A stretch of 64,000 bases of DNA, from the NCBI GenBank assembly GCA_963789055.1, contig CAWBJE010000001.1, positions 77,215-141,214 on the forward strand, read 5' to 3'. Positions 63,377 through 64,000 of this stretch are shown piece after piece. This DNA is from an uncultured Verrucomicrobiae bacterium (GTDB taxonomy: Bacteria > Verrucomicrobiota > Verrucomicrobiia > Limisphaerales > UBA11358). Every line of letters starts with the position of its first letter. Within the stretch, counting starts at the first letter, position 1. A program made the translations under genes and the position numbers. The notes under the pieces were generated by a model. It saw only the letters and a program-made list of their open reading frames with translations. It ran no database searches and was not told where the DNA came from.

Positions 63377-63997
63377 TCACGCCTTGGGAATGGTGATGAG
63401 CAATTCATGGTCTTTGCGCTCGATCTTCAAATGATCCGCTTTCACCGGTGTGGGAAGCTGGATGGTTTGTTCATACTGGCCCCATTCGGTGACGCTGGTG
63501 GCCGCCGTGTTCTTGCCGGAAGTTTCGGTGTTTTTATTACTGACCTGTACTTTCAACGTCTGGTTGCCCTCCAGGCTGACATTGACATCCGAAGCCTTGG
63601 CGTCGGGCAGGAAGGCGCGCACTTCATATCGGTCCTTCAGATCCTGCACATTGAGCGAGTAAGAATAACCCGGATTTTCCTGCAGGTAGTTGAGCTGTGG
63701 TTCCATTCGGAACCGGTCGGACATCTGGTTGAGCATCTGGTCCATCTGCATTTGCAGGTTGCGGATTTCCTGGAAGGGATTCCATTCGGCCGGGCCGGTT
63801 GCATTCAAGCCGGGCGCCGAAGCGGACGCCATCTGGCTCGCCGGGGTTTTCGCCGTTTCCAGGCCGGTGGAGTTTCCCGCCCGGGATTTCGTTACGGCCA
63901 GTCCAATCAACACACCAATCGCCAGCGTGATTACACCCACGATGACGGTTGTGGTTTTTTTGGTGGTTCGGGTTGTTTTGCTGTCATCAGTGTTCAT
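63377..63997 (-). CDS. Hsp20/alpha-crystallin-domain protein with an N-terminal TM anchor
   Basis: N-terminus KKTTTVIVGVITLAIGVLIGLAV. Alpha-crystallin core YSLNVQDLKDRYEVRAFLPDAKASDVNVSLEGNQTLKVQV ... YEQTIQLPTPVKADHLKIERKDHELLITIPK. Confidence 0.75.
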   Translation of the reverse strand: MNTDDSKTTRTTKKTTTVIVGVITLAIGVLIGLAVTKSRAGNSTGLETAKTPASQMASASAPGLNATGPAEWNPFQEIRNLQMQMDQMLNQMSDRFRMEPQLNYLQENPGYSYSLNVQDLKDRYEVRAFLPDAKASDVNVSLEGNQTLKVQVSNKNTETSGKNTAATSVTEWGQYEQTIQLPTPVKADHLKIERKDHELLITIPKA

Positions 63998-64000
63998 AAT

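Overview
High-GC bacterial chromosomal window with about 60 genes. Gene content and repeat types suggest a PVC/Verrucomicrobia-like organism, but that is inference only. I saw no rRNA, tRNA or CRISPR array.

Gene content:
- copA and dnaE, with two ParE/RelE-type toxin-antitoxin (TA) pairs just upstream of dnaE.
- An envelope-glycan cluster: msbA, DegT/WecE aminotransferases, GT2/GT4/GT9/GT11-like transferases and two FkbM methyltransferases.
- cstA-ybdD, nadD-rsfS, a PIN-PhoH ATPase, ogt, an amidase, and ubiX/ubiA.
- A long co-directional minus-strand string (60.6 to 43.8 kb). It holds an alpha-glucan module (CBM48 protein, GT4 synthase-like, glgB, a plant-type glucan-water-dikinase homologue, a TIM-barrel protein, GH57), then an S2P protease, a type-IIIA P-type ATPase, PPK2 and an ArsB-like permease.
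- A degP/hsp20 envelope-stress pair.
- Two complete IS elements: IS1202/ISNCY-like with a 16-bp target duplication, and IS4/Tn5-like inserted in a hairpin loop.

Most notable observations:
1. The 5' end of dnaE is present three times in direct orientation, with exactly one TA cassette between each pair of copies. This looks like serial integration of TA cargo at the dnaE 5' end.
2. A bacterial glucan-water-dikinase sits inside a tightly coupled alpha-glucan operon.
3. Short palindromic elements lie inside the coding sequences of dnaE, cstA and ogt. In cstA, deleting the element exactly restores the reading frame.
4. There are hairpin families whose arms are triple tandem 7-10-mers. One pair brackets a low-GC membrane ORF that splits ubiX from ubiA.
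5. A two-copy, roughly 75-nt element has a stem that is conserved only when read as minus-strand RNA.
6. Roughly 50 reading-frame breaks are concentrated in about 15 genes, including dnaE, while multi-kb blocks have none.

All coordinates, identity counts and frame counts were made by hand from the sequence and the ORF track.
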